The position numbers and the translations under genes were made by a program. Below are positions 1 through 10,416 of a stretch of 64,000 nucleotides of DNA, piece by piece. Numbering within the stretch: position 1 is the stretch's first letter; each line of letters opens with the position of its first letter. The notes under the pieces were generated by a model. That model did no database searches and was not told the DNA's origin. It saw only the letters and a list, made by a program, of their open reading frames with translations. Source of the stretch: Eubacteriales bacterium (GTDB taxonomy: Bacteria; Bacillota; Clostridia; Oscillospirales; CAG-272); assembly GCA_045654585.1 (NCBI GenBank), contig JAZONS010000052.1:15735-79734 (forward strand), given 5' to 3'.

Positions 1-2607
1 AATTTTCTTAACAGCCTTGGTATCAGTGAAAACGCAAAAACAGAACTTGAAGATATGAAATTTGCGAAAGTACTCAATAACAGCAGAGTAAGCTACACAT
101 TCACCGTCGAGGATAAAAATGAGGTAAACTCCGGAGATGTTCTGCTTTTCTCTTTTGTAGTTAAGGCAAAGGACAAATCTGTTCCTCTAAATATCAAGGC
201 TGACTTAGGAACCGTAATAAATAAAAATCCTAACGAAGATTCCAAATCTATGACCTATTACGTGCCTGTTCAGTGGACCCGTATTTATATGCCTATCAAA
301 AATAACGGTATGAAAGACGTTACTCTTGAAACTGACGGTACGGTATATATTGCAGAAGCTAAATTTGAAAACTGCGGCAACGTATCTGTTAGTTCTCTTT
401 CTCTCAAGAGCGGTATGTGGATGATTGACGATTTTGAGAAGATAGCAGTAACGGAAACTATGAGTTCTGACGCTAACTTCAAATGGCCGGCAGCTCTTGA
501 ACTTTCAAAGGATGGCAAATACTTATACAGTATCCAATATGGAAATAACGGTACTTTCAGTATCACTAATCTGGAAGACGGAACCTCCGAGCATATAACA
601 GGCGTAGGCGACGAAATCAGACAGCTCGCTATTACGGAAGATGAAAAATATGCTATAGTTACTGCCCGTTCATCGGGTGCCTCTATCATTGATATAGCTT
701 TGAGCGACGAGGAAAAAGCACAAGGAATAACAACTCCCACACCCGAAATCGTTTCGTCTTATAATACGGTAGAGCTTGCTACAGGACTTTATGTAAGCGG
801 AAATTATGCATTTATCACCAACAGATACCACGGTGTTGAAGTAGTTGATATAACAGATCCCGAAAAACCCGTACAGAAAGCGAATATTTATACGGGCGGT
901 GAGGTTCAGTCCTGCGTAGTTTATAAAAATATTCTATACTGCGGTGTATGGGGTGAATTGGGTGTTTATATGTATGACCTTACGGAGCTTGAAACAGCAA
1001 CTTCCGACATTACGATGATAGGTAAAGTTGCCTGCAACGGTAAGGGTGACGGTCTTACAGTTACCGAAATCGGCGGCAGAACCTATGTCTTTGCTGCTAC
1101 AGGTCATCACTCTTACGGTGCCGGTTTTGATACGGAAACCGAGGTATCTCATCAGAATCTTCCTTACGGACAGGGTAACGGTATGGATATATTTGACGTT
1201 ACCGACCCAAGCAATCCCAAACACGTCTCAACGTCAAAAATTGACGGTAGATATTACTATTCTTTGCACGATTTTTGGGAAACCGAAGTTTCTTACGCTA
1301 ACGGAAAATACTACGCATATCTCGTTAATACCTACAACGGAGTGTACGTATATGATGTAACTAACCCCGAAGCTCCTATCAGACTTGCTCATATTACTGT
1401 CCCTGTAAATCCCACCACATTAACGCACGCTTCTCGAGCTGTACTCACTTCTTGGGATCAAACTAAAGAGGGAAGAAGCCCTGTAGGCTCAATTGCAGTT
1501 AAGGACGGTATTGCTTATATCGGAGGTATAAATACTTCGATACACGTATACAGAAACTCTTCGCTCTTCTATGAACATACCGAAAGCGAAGATACTTCTG
1601 TGAGAGACCTTGATATTAACGGATTCTACTCGAACCTTGATACCGGACTTGATAAGGGCTATACCTTCTGGCATGAAAACTTTGGTCAGGTTCTCTCTGT
1701 GGCTACCACTGACAAATATATATATCTTGCGGCGGGCAGCGAGGGTATAATCGTTTTGGATAAGGATTACAGTAAAATACAAACTATTACTCCTCAAAAA
1801 GTAGGCGGCAGAGTAGGATTTGCTTCTTCTATTGAAATCAATGGCGATAAGCTTTACTGCGCCGAAGACGTTGCAGGACTTGGTGTTTACACTATCAATA
1901 CTGACGGTACTCTTGAAGAAATCGAAGGACTCAGATACCGGAATTCTTCTCAGATTATAAGCCAGGTAAGATTATCTCCTTATGGAACTTACGCTGTTGT
2001 TCATATCAACGGTAATATGTACGGTATTGTACAGTTCGACTATGAAGCGGGTACAAGCAGCATAATTACAGCCGATAAGCTTGATACCATCAACGGTAAT
2101 ATGTATCACAGAAACCTCTCCGAGCTTATAAACGGAAGATATATTCTTGTTTGGAATCACCATGGCAGTATGTGCTGGATAGACTTCAATCCTCAGAACG
2201 GATCTGACTCTGCTCCTACTTGTAAGCTCACTACCGACAAGTATATGGCAACAATGACTAACGGTATAGCTGCTTATGGGGATAAGGCTCTCTTTATTGG
2301 TTCTGACAACTACAGACTTTACAGTGATATAGGCTCTAATACCGACAACTATGCTGACGCAAGTAATGAAAAATTCAGCGGTAAGCCCACAGTTTGCGGT
2401 AATTATCTCGTAGTTACAAAGCATGACAGCGGTATGATTTATATCCTTGATATATCCAATATTGATAACCCCGAGGTAATACACGTCATCAACGCGCTTG
2501 GTAATCCCGATATAGCATACTATGACGGCAGCGGAACGGTTTATATTCCGCTTGGAAATCAGGGCTTACTTACAATTAACTTAAATGAAGCATTTGCGGC
2601 TGAATAA
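1..2607 (+). CDS. LVIVD-repeat beta-propeller protein; 5' end probably lies outside the window
   Basis: The frame is open from nt 1, with no stop before the ATG at 55. Recurrent motifs GVEVVDITDPEKP, GMDIFDVTDPSNP, GVYVYDVTNPEAP and MIYILDISNIDNP fit the LVIVD beta-propeller repeat. Confidence 0.6.
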   Translation, partial: NFLNSLGISENAKTELEDMKFAKVLNNSRVSYTFTVEDKNEVNSGDVLLFSFVVKAKDKSVPLNIKADLGTVINKNPNEDSKSMTYYVPVQWTRIYMPIKNNGMKDVTLETDGTVYIAEAKFENCGNVSVSSLSLKSGMWMIDDFEKIAVTETMSSDANFKWPAALELSKDGKYLYSIQYGNNGTFSITNLEDGTSEHITGVGDEIRQLAITEDEKYAIVTARSSGASIIDIALSDEEKAQGITTPTPEIVSSYNTVELATGLYVSGNYAFITNRYHGVEVVDITDPEKPVQKANIYTGGEVQSCVVYKNILYCGVWGELGVYMYDLTELETATSDITMIGKVACNGKGDGLTVTEIGGRTYVFAATGHHSYGAGFDTETEVSHQNLPYGQGNGMDIFDVTDPSNPKHVSTSKIDGRYYYSLHDFWETEVSYANGKYYAYLVNTYNGVYVYDVTNPEAPIRLAHITVPVNPTTLTHASRAVLTSWDQTKEGRSPVGSIAVKDGIAYIGGINTSIHVYRNSSLFYEHTESEDTSVRDLDINGFYSNLDTGLDKGYTFWHENFGQVLSVATTDKYIYLAAGSEGIIVLDKDYSKIQTITPQKVGGRVGFASSIEINGDKLYCAEDVAGLGVYTINTDGTLEEIEGLRYRNSSQIISQVRLSPYGTYAVVHINGNMYGIVQFDYEAGTSSIITADKLDTINGNMYHRNLSELINGRYILVWNHHGSMCWIDFNPQNGSDSAPTCKLTTDKYMATMTNGIAAYGDKALFIGSDNYRLYSDIGSNTDNYADASNEKFSGKPTVCGNYLVVTKHDSGMIYILDISNIDNPEVIHVINALGNPDIAYYDGSGTVYIPLGNQGLLTINLNEAFAAE

Positions 2608-2627
2608 TCAAAGGAGGCATGAAATAA

Positions 2628-2744
2628 GTGAAAAAATATGAAACTCCGATAATCGAAGTTATAGTTATAGAATCAACTGATATTATACGTACCAGTCCCG
2701 ATACACCTATAATAGATTTTGATGATTTCTTGGAAATCAATTGA
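2628..2744 (+). CDS. 38-aa acidic small protein, member of a three-copy small-ORF family
   Basis: GTG start lies 10 nt after AAGGAGG. Product is VKKYETPIIEVIVIESTDIIRTSPDTPIIDFDDFLEIN. It aligns with the small ORFs at 54235 and 61394 (KKY-x-x-P-x-[LI]-EVI-x-[LI]-x-x-x-DII-x-TS). It is shorter than the ORF-track cutoff. Confidence 0.55.
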   Translation: MKKYETPIIEVIVIESTDIIRTSPDTPIIDFDDFLEIN

Positions 2745-2781
2745 TTATAGTTGACGCATTTATGCATAAACAATCAAAAAA

Positions 2782-2821
2782 ACAGTGGTATTGCATTCAA
2801 ACGCAGTACCACTGTTTTTTG
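2782..2821 (+). terminator. Rho-independent terminator after the LVIVD gene and small ORF
   Basis: Stem acagtggta (2782-2790) pairs with taccactgt (2807-2815), followed by TTTTTT. Confidence 0.8.
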
Positions 2822-2941
2822 TTGAAAACCTACGGTTCTTTTCATATTGCATTCGCTTTATGATTTATTCCCGTTTGCTCCTTCTATATGTACTTTTGCA
2901 CACCTTCGGTTACGCCTAAATACATAATCTTCTTTGTCTTT

Positions 2942-4639
2942 TTACTCAGCAAATTTATGATAAAGCTCACGTACCTTATAGTAAGCCGCCTTCGGCTTTC
3001 TCTGCTCGTTAAGAATACCCTTGTTGTTGAAGCCTCTTGCGCGGTTGATGCCTGCCTCAAGACAGGTTCTTATATCGCAGAACTGCCAGATATAGAAGCC
3101 GCAGCACATAGGATCGCGGTGGAATAGCTCCAGCGCGTGCTCGAGCACGTTTGCCTGGTATTCTTCCGTCCAATGAATATTGTCAAAGGTGTGGTGTCCG
3201 TAAAGCGCTGCAGCGCCGAATTCGCTGATGATAACCGGTTTATGCTCCATACCGAGAGCGGCGCGTTTTTCCCTGAATTTCTCAAAGAACTTTTCCCACT
3301 CGTACATATCGCCCTCATACCAGCCGAAGTATGAGTTTATAGAAATGAGATCGCAGTATTCAAGGCAGAGATCCTTCAAGGGCTTATCCGTCGCGTAGGT
3401 AACGATCCTGTTACCGCCGCCCGCCTTGAGTATATCGTAATATTTCTTGGTCAGAGGTATCGAAACCTCGCACTCGGTGTGTATCTCGTTGTGCATACCC
3501 CAGATTATTATCGAGGGATGATTGTAGTAGTATTTCAGCATCTCGCGGTGCATCTCGGCTCCGCGCTCGATAACGCCGGGATCACCGAGAGCTTCGGTAG
3601 AGAAGCCCCAGCCCCACATTGGTATCTCGGACCAGTAGAGCAGACCCACCTCGTCAACCATATCCATAAATCTGCGCGAGGCAGGGTAGTGCGAGCCGCG
3701 GATAGCATTGCAGCCGAGATCAAATATAATATCAAGATCGCGCTTCATAAGCGAGGGCGGGAATGCAAAGCCGAACTCTGCGTGCTCCTCGTGTCTGTTT
3801 ACACCGCGTATCTCGATGAGCTTTCCGTTAAGAACGACGCCTTCGGGGGACACTCCGACTTGACGGAAGCCTACCTTATCATAAAGGTCATCTGTCTCGG
3901 TCTCGATCTTCACTGTGTAAAGATTCGGTGCGCCGATATCCCAAAGCTTGATATTATTGATGTATACGTCGGATGAGGTCACCGTTTGATATTCGTGCGC
4001 CGCGAGAGTTATATCATCTGAGTAGATAACAGTATCTCCGACAGTATAGGTAACTTTTGACGTAACCGCAATATCATCCGCGTTATAAAGGTCAATAACC
4101 GCGTGAGCCTCAGCGCCTTCAAATTTCTTATCAAGAGTGTATTCAAATCTGTGATTTATCGCCGTGATACCGACGAGTCTTTCCGCCTCAACATCGCGAA
4201 TGATACCGCCGTAGTGATACCAGTCAACTTTCGCCTGAGGTATAGATTGCTTATCAAAGCTGTTATCGACGGAAAGCGTGAGCCTATGCTCACCCGCGGT
4301 CACGTTGGGAATTATAAACGAAAACTCTGAAAATCCGCCGTAATGGCTGCCTATGTACTCGCCGTCAAACCAAACGCGGCACTCGGTCATAACCGCGCCG
4401 AAATTAAGTCTTAGGTTACCCTCAAAATGAAAACTCTTCTCATACCAGCATACGCCCGTATAGCCGAGAAGACCGAACTCAGTATTCCATACCGACGGAA
4501 TATTTACGGTTTCGGCATCGGTAAGTCCGAGATACCATCTCTCGTCCTCTCCGCTCCTTTTTTTATCGACCTTAAAGCGCCACGCGCCGTTAAGCGAGCG
4601 AACGCTTCTTTTTATATGCTCGTCAAATAATCTTGCCAT
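2942..4639 (-). CDS. uidA: GH2 beta-glucuronidase
   Basis: 565 aa with GH2 signatures NHPSIIIWGMHNE and NSYFGWY. The C-terminal FNNKGILNEQRKPK matches the N-x-K-G...RKPK signature seen in E. coli UidA. Confidence 0.75.
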   Translation of the reverse strand: MARLFDEHIKRSVRSLNGAWRFKVDKKRSGEDERWYLGLTDAETVNIPSVWNTEFGLLGYTGVCWYEKSFHFEGNLRLNFGAVMTECRVWFDGEYIGSHYGGFSEFSFIIPNVTAGEHRLTLSVDNSFDKQSIPQAKVDWYHYGGIIRDVEAERLVGITAINHRFEYTLDKKFEGAEAHAVIDLYNADDIAVTSKVTYTVGDTVIYSDDITLAAHEYQTVTSSDVYINNIKLWDIGAPNLYTVKIETETDDLYDKVGFRQVGVSPEGVVLNGKLIEIRGVNRHEEHAEFGFAFPPSLMKRDLDIIFDLGCNAIRGSHYPASRRFMDMVDEVGLLYWSEIPMWGWGFSTEALGDPGVIERGAEMHREMLKYYYNHPSIIIWGMHNEIHTECEVSIPLTKKYYDILKAGGGNRIVTYATDKPLKDLCLEYCDLISINSYFGWYEGDMYEWEKFFEKFREKRAALGMEHKPVIISEFGAAALYGHHTFDNIHWTEEYQANVLEHALELFHRDPMCCGFYIWQFCDIRTCLEAGINRARGFNNKGILNEQRKPKAAYYKVRELYHKFAE

Positions 4640-4734
4640 AATATAAATGCTCCAAAAATCAATTTAGCCGTGAGCGCATTGTCTCACGGCTAAATTATAG
4701 CATAAGAAAATATTTTTTTCAATAATTATTTTGT

Positions 4735-6219
4735 TTAGAATATTGCGCCGTTTTCTTTTAGCTTTCCCTGAAGAACGCCAATATCAATATCGCGTGCCGC
4801 ACCGCTTGTATTATTAAGTATTGCTGCTGCAACGCCTGCCGCCTCACCTAGTGCCATGCACTGCGCCGTGGGACGGATAGCGCCCGATGCCATTCTTGTT
4901 GCGGATATGGCTCTTCCCGCGACGAGAAGATTGTCAATACCCTTCGGGAGCATAACTCTGTAGGGGATATAGAATCGCCAGTGGTTAAGATCAATATTTT
5001 CGATTTCCGGGGGTAGGGGATGAATGTCAATAGGATGACCGCCGCAGGCAACCGAGTCCTCAAACCTCTTACTTGAGAGAACGTCTATCTCTGTGATAGT
5101 GTATTCACCCTCAATGTGCCTTGTTTCTCTTACTCCCACGTCGGGAATATAGGTAAATTCAAGATTTTCAAGACCGGGAATAGCTCTCAGATATTCGAGC
5201 ATTTTCTTAGTGTTAAGCTGTAAGGTTTTCTGCCCCTCACTAAGAGATTTGGCATTTGTTCCGTCACCGTTATAAGCCGCGTGATGCCCGAGAACGATAG
5301 CCTCGCCCTTGCCCGGGAGATTATAGAACTGTACGGGACGGAGCACCGAAACACCGGGAACGTCGGCAAGCACGCGAAAAACGCACATTTCTCCGTTTCT
5401 GTAGCTTGTCTTTACGTTCTCAAGCGACATTACGCCGAACTCGTGCTGAACGAACCTGTCGGGATTTTCTTCAAGGTATTTAAAGAGTCTTTCAAAGTCA
5501 ACTCCGCGCACTCTGTGCATAGCTCCCATATGCTGAAGCTCGCCTACAGCTCTTGCGCCGCCCTTTTTAACGTCATACTCGGATGCGCCGAGTCTGAAGG
5601 AAACTCCTGCGAGAGCCGCAACGTCGGCGTCACCCGTGCAGTCAATAAAATACTTAGCTCCTATTTCAGAGAAGCCTTCCTTGTTGCAGACTACAACCGA
5701 GCGCAAAACTCCGCTCTCGGCATTGGCAAGGCATACCCGTGTGTCGTAAAGTACCTCTACTCCTGCTTCGTCAAGCATCTCGATAAGAGTCAGCTCAGCC
5801 GCCGCCTTTTCCGAGAATATGTAGCTTCCCGCAACGCCGTGAGTGCCCACAGCTCCGCCTCTTTTAAGAAGCCTGTCTACGAATTCGTGCGGAATACCGC
5901 GCACTACCTGAACACGCTCGGGTTCTGTTCCAAGCACGTCAAGCACCTCGGACTTGTAGATGTCAACGTCGCGGCAATGCTCGGTGAATTTCGTTATACC
6001 CGCGTTACCTACGGTGAGCATACCGCCGAGCTTGAATGATCTTTCGATGAGGAGAGTCTTCGCTCCGCCTCTTGCCGCGGCAATTGCCGCGAAGCATCCC
6101 GCAGTACCGCCGCCGCACACGACTACGTCGTACGCGCCGAATTCTTTTGTTTGTATTTTGTATTCATTCGTCATAAAAATGTAATCTCCATCCTCGTTAT
6201 TTCTAACATTTATGTACAT
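4735..6219 (-). CDS. FAD-dependent oxidoreductase
   Basis: N-terminal dinucleotide-binding motif YDVVVCGGGTAGCFAAIAAARGG. An alternative start at 6174 (MTNEYK) is possible. Confidence 0.7.
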   Translation of the reverse strand: MYINVRNNEDGDYIFMTNEYKIQTKEFGAYDVVVCGGGTAGCFAAIAAARGGAKTLLIERSFKLGGMLTVGNAGITKFTEHCRDVDIYKSEVLDVLGTEPERVQVVRGIPHEFVDRLLKRGGAVGTHGVAGSYIFSEKAAAELTLIEMLDEAGVEVLYDTRVCLANAESGVLRSVVVCNKEGFSEIGAKYFIDCTGDADVAALAGVSFRLGASEYDVKKGGARAVGELQHMGAMHRVRGVDFERLFKYLEENPDRFVQHEFGVMSLENVKTSYRNGEMCVFRVLADVPGVSVLRPVQFYNLPGKGEAIVLGHHAAYNGDGTNAKSLSEGQKTLQLNTKKMLEYLRAIPGLENLEFTYIPDVGVRETRHIEGEYTITEIDVLSSKRFEDSVACGGHPIDIHPLPPEIENIDLNHWRFYIPYRVMLPKGIDNLLVAGRAISATRMASGAIRPTAQCMALGEAAGVAAAILNNTSGAARDIDIGVLQGKLKENGAIF

Positions 6220-7781
6220 TTCTCGGGGAAAATATCAATATAATCAATAAGAATATTCCTCGAGAGCTCTTCTGACTTGAACGTCAGAGTGAAAAAGTTT
6301 TTGCCATCTTTCACAGCCTTAAGCGGAACACGGAACGCTCTTGCCAACTCTTCTGTTGCATGCAATGGCGGATACTTATTATCTTCTTCATAGGGTTCGC
6401 TTATATCTTCACACGGGTATGCGTCAATTCCATTAAACTGCAGCTTGAATTTTCTATCCCCAAGTGACTCGCGGGCTATTATTCTGAATCTGAAATCATC
6501 TTTCCACTTCCCGGGAGGCTCTGCCATATAAATTTCAAGTTTATGCTCGGTACCGGGCGCAAAGGACTTTCCTCGAAGCTGTGATTTATGCTCCCAGCCC
6601 TTTGCTATAAAGAAATGCTGCGGCGCCGAAGATATAAACTCTACGTCTTTAGCGTTTCCGATAACCTCAAACGGTGGCTCGTTAAACGGACCTCGCCCCT
6701 CTACGCCATGCTCGCGGTAATAAACGAAATTGAAATAACTCATTCCCTGCGCACCGGCCTTATGAGCCATGTATGCTGCCGTGTATATTTCATTTTCGCT
6801 TGCTCTGCGGAAGGTATCGTTATCGTAGCAGCCTTCTTTCAATGCTACGCCTTGATACGTGCAGTGGCACGCCTCGAAATAAACCGCCAGATTTGGCATT
6901 CTGGTTGTAAATGCTTTAAAATCGGTCCATTGGTCAGTATAATAATGAGTTGAAACGTTCACCATTTCCACACCGAGTTTTTCCATATTTTCGGGTAATA
7001 GTCCGAGCTCATTCCACATTTCTAATTTTGACGGAACTCTTACGCATAAGTATCTGTGCTTGCCGTCTCGCTCGGTTCTATCTAAAATAGCTCTTACTTT
7101 TTTAATAAAGCGTTCGGTTATAGTCTGTCTTTCTTCAAACGTAGTGGCACTCACGTCAAACATATGCGGATGGCGCATAAAATCAAGCTCAAATCCGTCT
7201 ATATCGTAATTTTCGCATTGTTCACAAATAAGCTTCAACAGATACTCGGTAACCTCGGGATATATCCAGTTATGGCAACGGTTATTCCACGATTTTAAGT
7301 CTCCGCCAAACATATATTCTTTATGCTCCATCATGAAACGGCAAACGCTGTGTATTCCGCGGACGTGATGCTTTGTGTCGCTCCATTCCACGTGATGACC
7401 GTCGTTCAGCCGTAGAGATACGAAGGCAGCCTGGCCGAACTCACGGCATGCAGCAATAAAATCCGCAAGAATATCTCCGCCGTCGCGCACGTAGCCGTTA
7501 ATGCCTTTTAATTGCATCAGCTCTTCATACGGAACCTCAAAATATTCGCTCCACCACTTTAAATGCTCAACAAATGGATAAAAGCTGCTTTGATACCAAG
7601 GCACTCTGCCGTGAGCAAGTTGAATAAAATGAGCGTCGGCGAGTCCTTTTACCTCCTTTACCGCTTCGCGCAAGAAGCTCGGCTTGTAGCTTTCGCCTTT
7701 TTTGCGGTAGGGACTCGTGCAGTTTTCAAGATTCGTGGTGTCGTTACTGTATATATTCTTGAACGGAACTTCACGTCTCAT
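6210..7781 (-). CDS. Hypothetical protein, possibly a TIM-barrel glycoside-hydrolase-like enzyme
   Basis: 523-aa ORF whose ends overlap both neighbouring genes, suggesting translational coupling. The motif DGFELDFMRHPHMF resembles GH-like TIM barrels. The family was not identified. Confidence 0.45.
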   Translation of the reverse strand: MRREVPFKNIYSNDTTNLENCTSPYRKKGESYKPSFLREAVKEVKGLADAHFIQLAHGRVPWYQSSFYPFVEHLKWWSEYFEVPYEELMQLKGINGYVRDGGDILADFIAACREFGQAAFVSLRLNDGHHVEWSDTKHHVRGIHSVCRFMMEHKEYMFGGDLKSWNNRCHNWIYPEVTEYLLKLICEQCENYDIDGFELDFMRHPHMFDVSATTFEERQTITERFIKKVRAILDRTERDGKHRYLCVRVPSKLEMWNELGLLPENMEKLGVEMVNVSTHYYTDQWTDFKAFTTRMPNLAVYFEACHCTYQGVALKEGCYDNDTFRRASENEIYTAAYMAHKAGAQGMSYFNFVYYREHGVEGRGPFNEPPFEVIGNAKDVEFISSAPQHFFIAKGWEHKSQLRGKSFAPGTEHKLEIYMAEPPGKWKDDFRFRIIARESLGDRKFKLQFNGIDAYPCEDISEPYEEDNKYPPLHATEELARAFRVPLKAVKDGKNFFTLTFKSEELSRNILIDYIDIFPEKCT

Positions 7782-8665
7782 AACGTCTCTCCCATAGCAT
7801 TGTTGTAAATTTCTACAAATCGACTAACGCTTTCCTCGGCACTGAAACCAATTACCCTTCTCATTTCAAATGATATCGTATTGTTATCCTTTTCGGTATA
7901 TCCTATTTTTCGGAGCATTTTAAGAAAACGCGCTCCGTCCGCTGACGAATATTCACCGCCGGGATAATCCCAAGCCGGATGCTTATCGCCATAAAGAGCA
8001 TCCTTTTCGTCCTTTATCATACAGTTGCCGAGATGGATATGAACAAGAGTATCAAAACTCTTGCTGATAGCGGAATCGAGAGTCTCGTGCATAAGCGGCA
8101 CGTGGCACATATCGAGTAAAAGTCCGAAGTTATCATATCCCGCACCTCTTACTCTCTTGATGAACGATACGGTTTCGTCAAGAGGTCCTAAAAGGAAATG
8201 CTTGTCTATATCTCTGTCCGTCGGTTCAAGCGCGAGGGTAACGTCCTTTGGTATCTCGCGAAGAAGTTTTGTAACAAATTCAAAGAATCTTTCCGTCGCT
8301 CTCGTTCTGTCAAGAGGGAAGTCGGGTCCGCTCGCGAATACAATCTTTTTAGAGCCAAGGGAAAGCGCGTATTCTATCTCTCGCATTATGGTGGAGTAGG
8401 CGTAGTCTCGCTCCGCCAAAGATGCTGACGCAGGACGGCAGACCGCCTCCCCGAATCTATCACCGATATTGTAGTTTATAACCTTTCCCGAATCGAGAAG
8501 TATCTTTGCCTCTTCCTTTGCGCTCTCACCGCGCCAGAGCCAGCAGTCAAGCGCGTCAACGTTGTCAAACGAGGATAATTCCTTAAGGCTCTCGGTATGA
8601 GCCGCAGCATTAACCATAGCTTCAGGATAGAGAAATTGATGATTTATGCCAAGTATTGTTTTCAT
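7778..8665 (-). CDS. Sugar phosphate isomerase/epimerase (xylose isomerase-like TIM barrel)
   Basis: 295 aa with TIM-barrel-like pattern LALEPTDR...LLLDMCHV...HIHLGN. Confidence 0.65.
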   Translation of the reverse strand: MKTILGINHQFLYPEAMVNAAAHTESLKELSSFDNVDALDCWLWRGESAKEEAKILLDSGKVINYNIGDRFGEAVCRPASASLAERDYAYSTIMREIEYALSLGSKKIVFASGPDFPLDRTRATERFFEFVTKLLREIPKDVTLALEPTDRDIDKHFLLGPLDETVSFIKRVRGAGYDNFGLLLDMCHVPLMHETLDSAISKSFDTLVHIHLGNCMIKDEKDALYGDKHPAWDYPGGEYSSADGARFLKMLRKIGYTEKDNNTISFEMRRVIGFSAEESVSRFVEIYNNAMGETL

Positions 8666-9453
8666 TTTGATACCATTTCCTTTTCATACGCAAGGTATTC
8701 CGACCAGGTTTTGAGAAGATTATCGCCCTTCATAACCACGGTATCCTCGCTCGCAAATATCTCGGGGTGGATTTCTTTCATCGCTCTAAGATAATCGCAG
8801 TCGGAGAACTTTATTTTTATTTCGTAAGGGGGCAGTATAACGAATGGCTTAACCTCTCGTTCTACCGCCGTCATAGCCGCATCGTAAAGTTTATCGTACG
8901 TAACCTTCGGGGGATAGCATATAGCGGTATCGTCACCGAGGGATTCCTTTACGGCATAGGTGACTATACCTGGAATAAGTTCTTCTGCCTCGCGGCAGCC
9001 CATATCGTCGCCCGAAACGAACTTCAGCGGTATTCCAAGCTCGCCTGCAAGAGCGGCTTCCATTCCTATCTCGCCGACGAGTATTCCGTTTAGGTGGATA
9101 GAGTCATATTCCTTAAGATAACTGTGCGCAAGGAGCGCGCCCGTGTGCTGCATTGTGTGAAGTCCCACCATATAAAGACCGTCAAATTCCGCGCCGCCGA
9201 CGCCTCGCCAATTGTCCTCGAGTATAGGCTTACCGCGCACCACGGGAACGTAGAGCTCGGACAGATCGATATTCCTTCCGTCCGTATGCATATCGTAAAC
9301 GACAGCCTCGGCGCCTGCCTTCCAAATACCGTTAAGTACGGCATTAAGATCGTTCATAAGCATATCTCTGCCGAGCTGGCTGTTTTCCGCCTCTGCAAAG
9401 GTCGTAACGCCCGTTACGCCCTCGATATCCGTCATAACAAGAAATTTTTTCAT
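8662..9453 (-). CDS. M55 family (DppA-like) D-aminopeptidase
   Basis: The N-terminus MKKFLVMTDIEGVTGV is typical of peptidase M55. Length is 263 aa. Confidence 0.65.
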   Translation of the reverse strand: MKKFLVMTDIEGVTGVTTFAEAENSQLGRDMLMNDLNAVLNGIWKAGAEAVVYDMHTDGRNIDLSELYVPVVRGKPILEDNWRGVGGAEFDGLYMVGLHTMQHTGALLAHSYLKEYDSIHLNGILVGEIGMEAALAGELGIPLKFVSGDDMGCREAEELIPGIVTYAVKESLGDDTAICYPPKVTYDKLYDAAMTAVEREVKPFVILPPYEIKIKFSDCDYLRAMKEIHPEIFASEDTVVMKGDNLLKTWSEYLAYEKEMVSK

Positions 9454-9460
9454 AAAAATT

Positions 9461-9518
9461 CTCCCGTATTTATTGAATTAGTTTATCACTCAAGCTAATT
9501 GTACAATAAATACGGGAG
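9461..9518 (-). promoter_or_regulatory. 15-bp perfect hairpin whose 3' arm contains the Shine-Dalgarno of the M55 gene
   Basis: ctcccgtatttattg (9461-9475) pairs with caataaatacgggag (9504-9518). On the mRNA strand GGGAG lies 7 nt before the ATG at 9453. Confidence 0.5.
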
Positions 9519-9570
9519 TCTTTCAAGTAAATGGCTGAAATGTATAAAAAATGTCCGTTTTTTGCAAAAA

Positions 9571-10416
9571 TCACGTCTGATTGTTTTTTCTGTATTCTCC
9601 GGGGGATATGCCCGTGTGCTTTAAGAAAAATTTATTGAAATACTGTACGCTCGAAAAACCGAGAGACAGCGCGATGCTTTCCTGAGGCTCACCGCTCTCG
9701 GTAAGCCTTTTCTTCGCAAGCTCGATCTTTTGCTCGTGAATATATACGAGCAAGGATCTGCCCTCATATTTATAAAACAGTCTTGCCATTTGCTTTTCAC
9801 TGATATGGCAAAGCGCCGAGAGCTCAGCGCAGGTGAAGAGGCTTGAAGGGTTATCTTCGATATATTTTTTTGCTCTGGAAATTCTGCCGTCGTATTCGTC
9901 AAAGCTTCTCGCGCCGCGCACGGATACCGCGTCGGCAATAATATATACTATCTCCCGAAGCCTTGATTCAATTATATCCTCGGCGTATGCACCGAAATTT
10001 TTCCTTGATTCCGCAATAAAGTCGATGCTGCTTTCTATTTCCTTAGGAATGCTAAGCAAAAGGCTTTCTTTATCAAAGCCACCGCCGAAAAATTCATTTT
10101 TGCCGTCAACGTTGAAGGAAATTGTAATTTTAAAGAAGTCGTCGCTATGCGTGATGACTCGGTGAACTAAACGCGGCTCTATGACAAAAAGATTTCCTTT
10201 CGTCACTCTTATCTCTCTGTCGCCTATCCCGTACGTGACTTCGCCCTCGCGGATGATATGTATCTCGTAGAATGCATGGCTGTGGTTTCTGAACGTAAGC
10301 GTGTCGCGGTTTTCGCCCATTGCCGCCGTTATCCAATAAACGTAGAGCTCGTGTTTTCTTTCACGCTCGGGATTGATATTTATCTTATTTATCTTTTCAA
10401 GTGTTGAATGGCTCAT
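9571..10416 (-). CDS. AraC family transcriptional regulator (cupin + HTH)
   Basis: Cupin-like N-terminus HSHAFYEIHIIREGEV and C-terminal AraC HTH LGFSSVQYFNKFFLKHTGISPGEYR. Confidence 0.85.
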   Translation of the reverse strand: MSHSTLEKINKININPERERKHELYVYWITAAMGENRDTLTFRNHSHAFYEIHIIREGEVTYGIGDREIRVTKGNLFVIEPRLVHRVITHSDDFFKITISFNVDGKNEFFGGGFDKESLLLSIPKEIESSIDFIAESRKNFGAYAEDIIESRLREIVYIIADAVSVRGARSFDEYDGRISRAKKYIEDNPSSLFTCAELSALCHISEKQMARLFYKYEGRSLLVYIHEQKIELAKKRLTESGEPQESIALSLGFSSVQYFNKFFLKHTGISPGEYRKNNQT

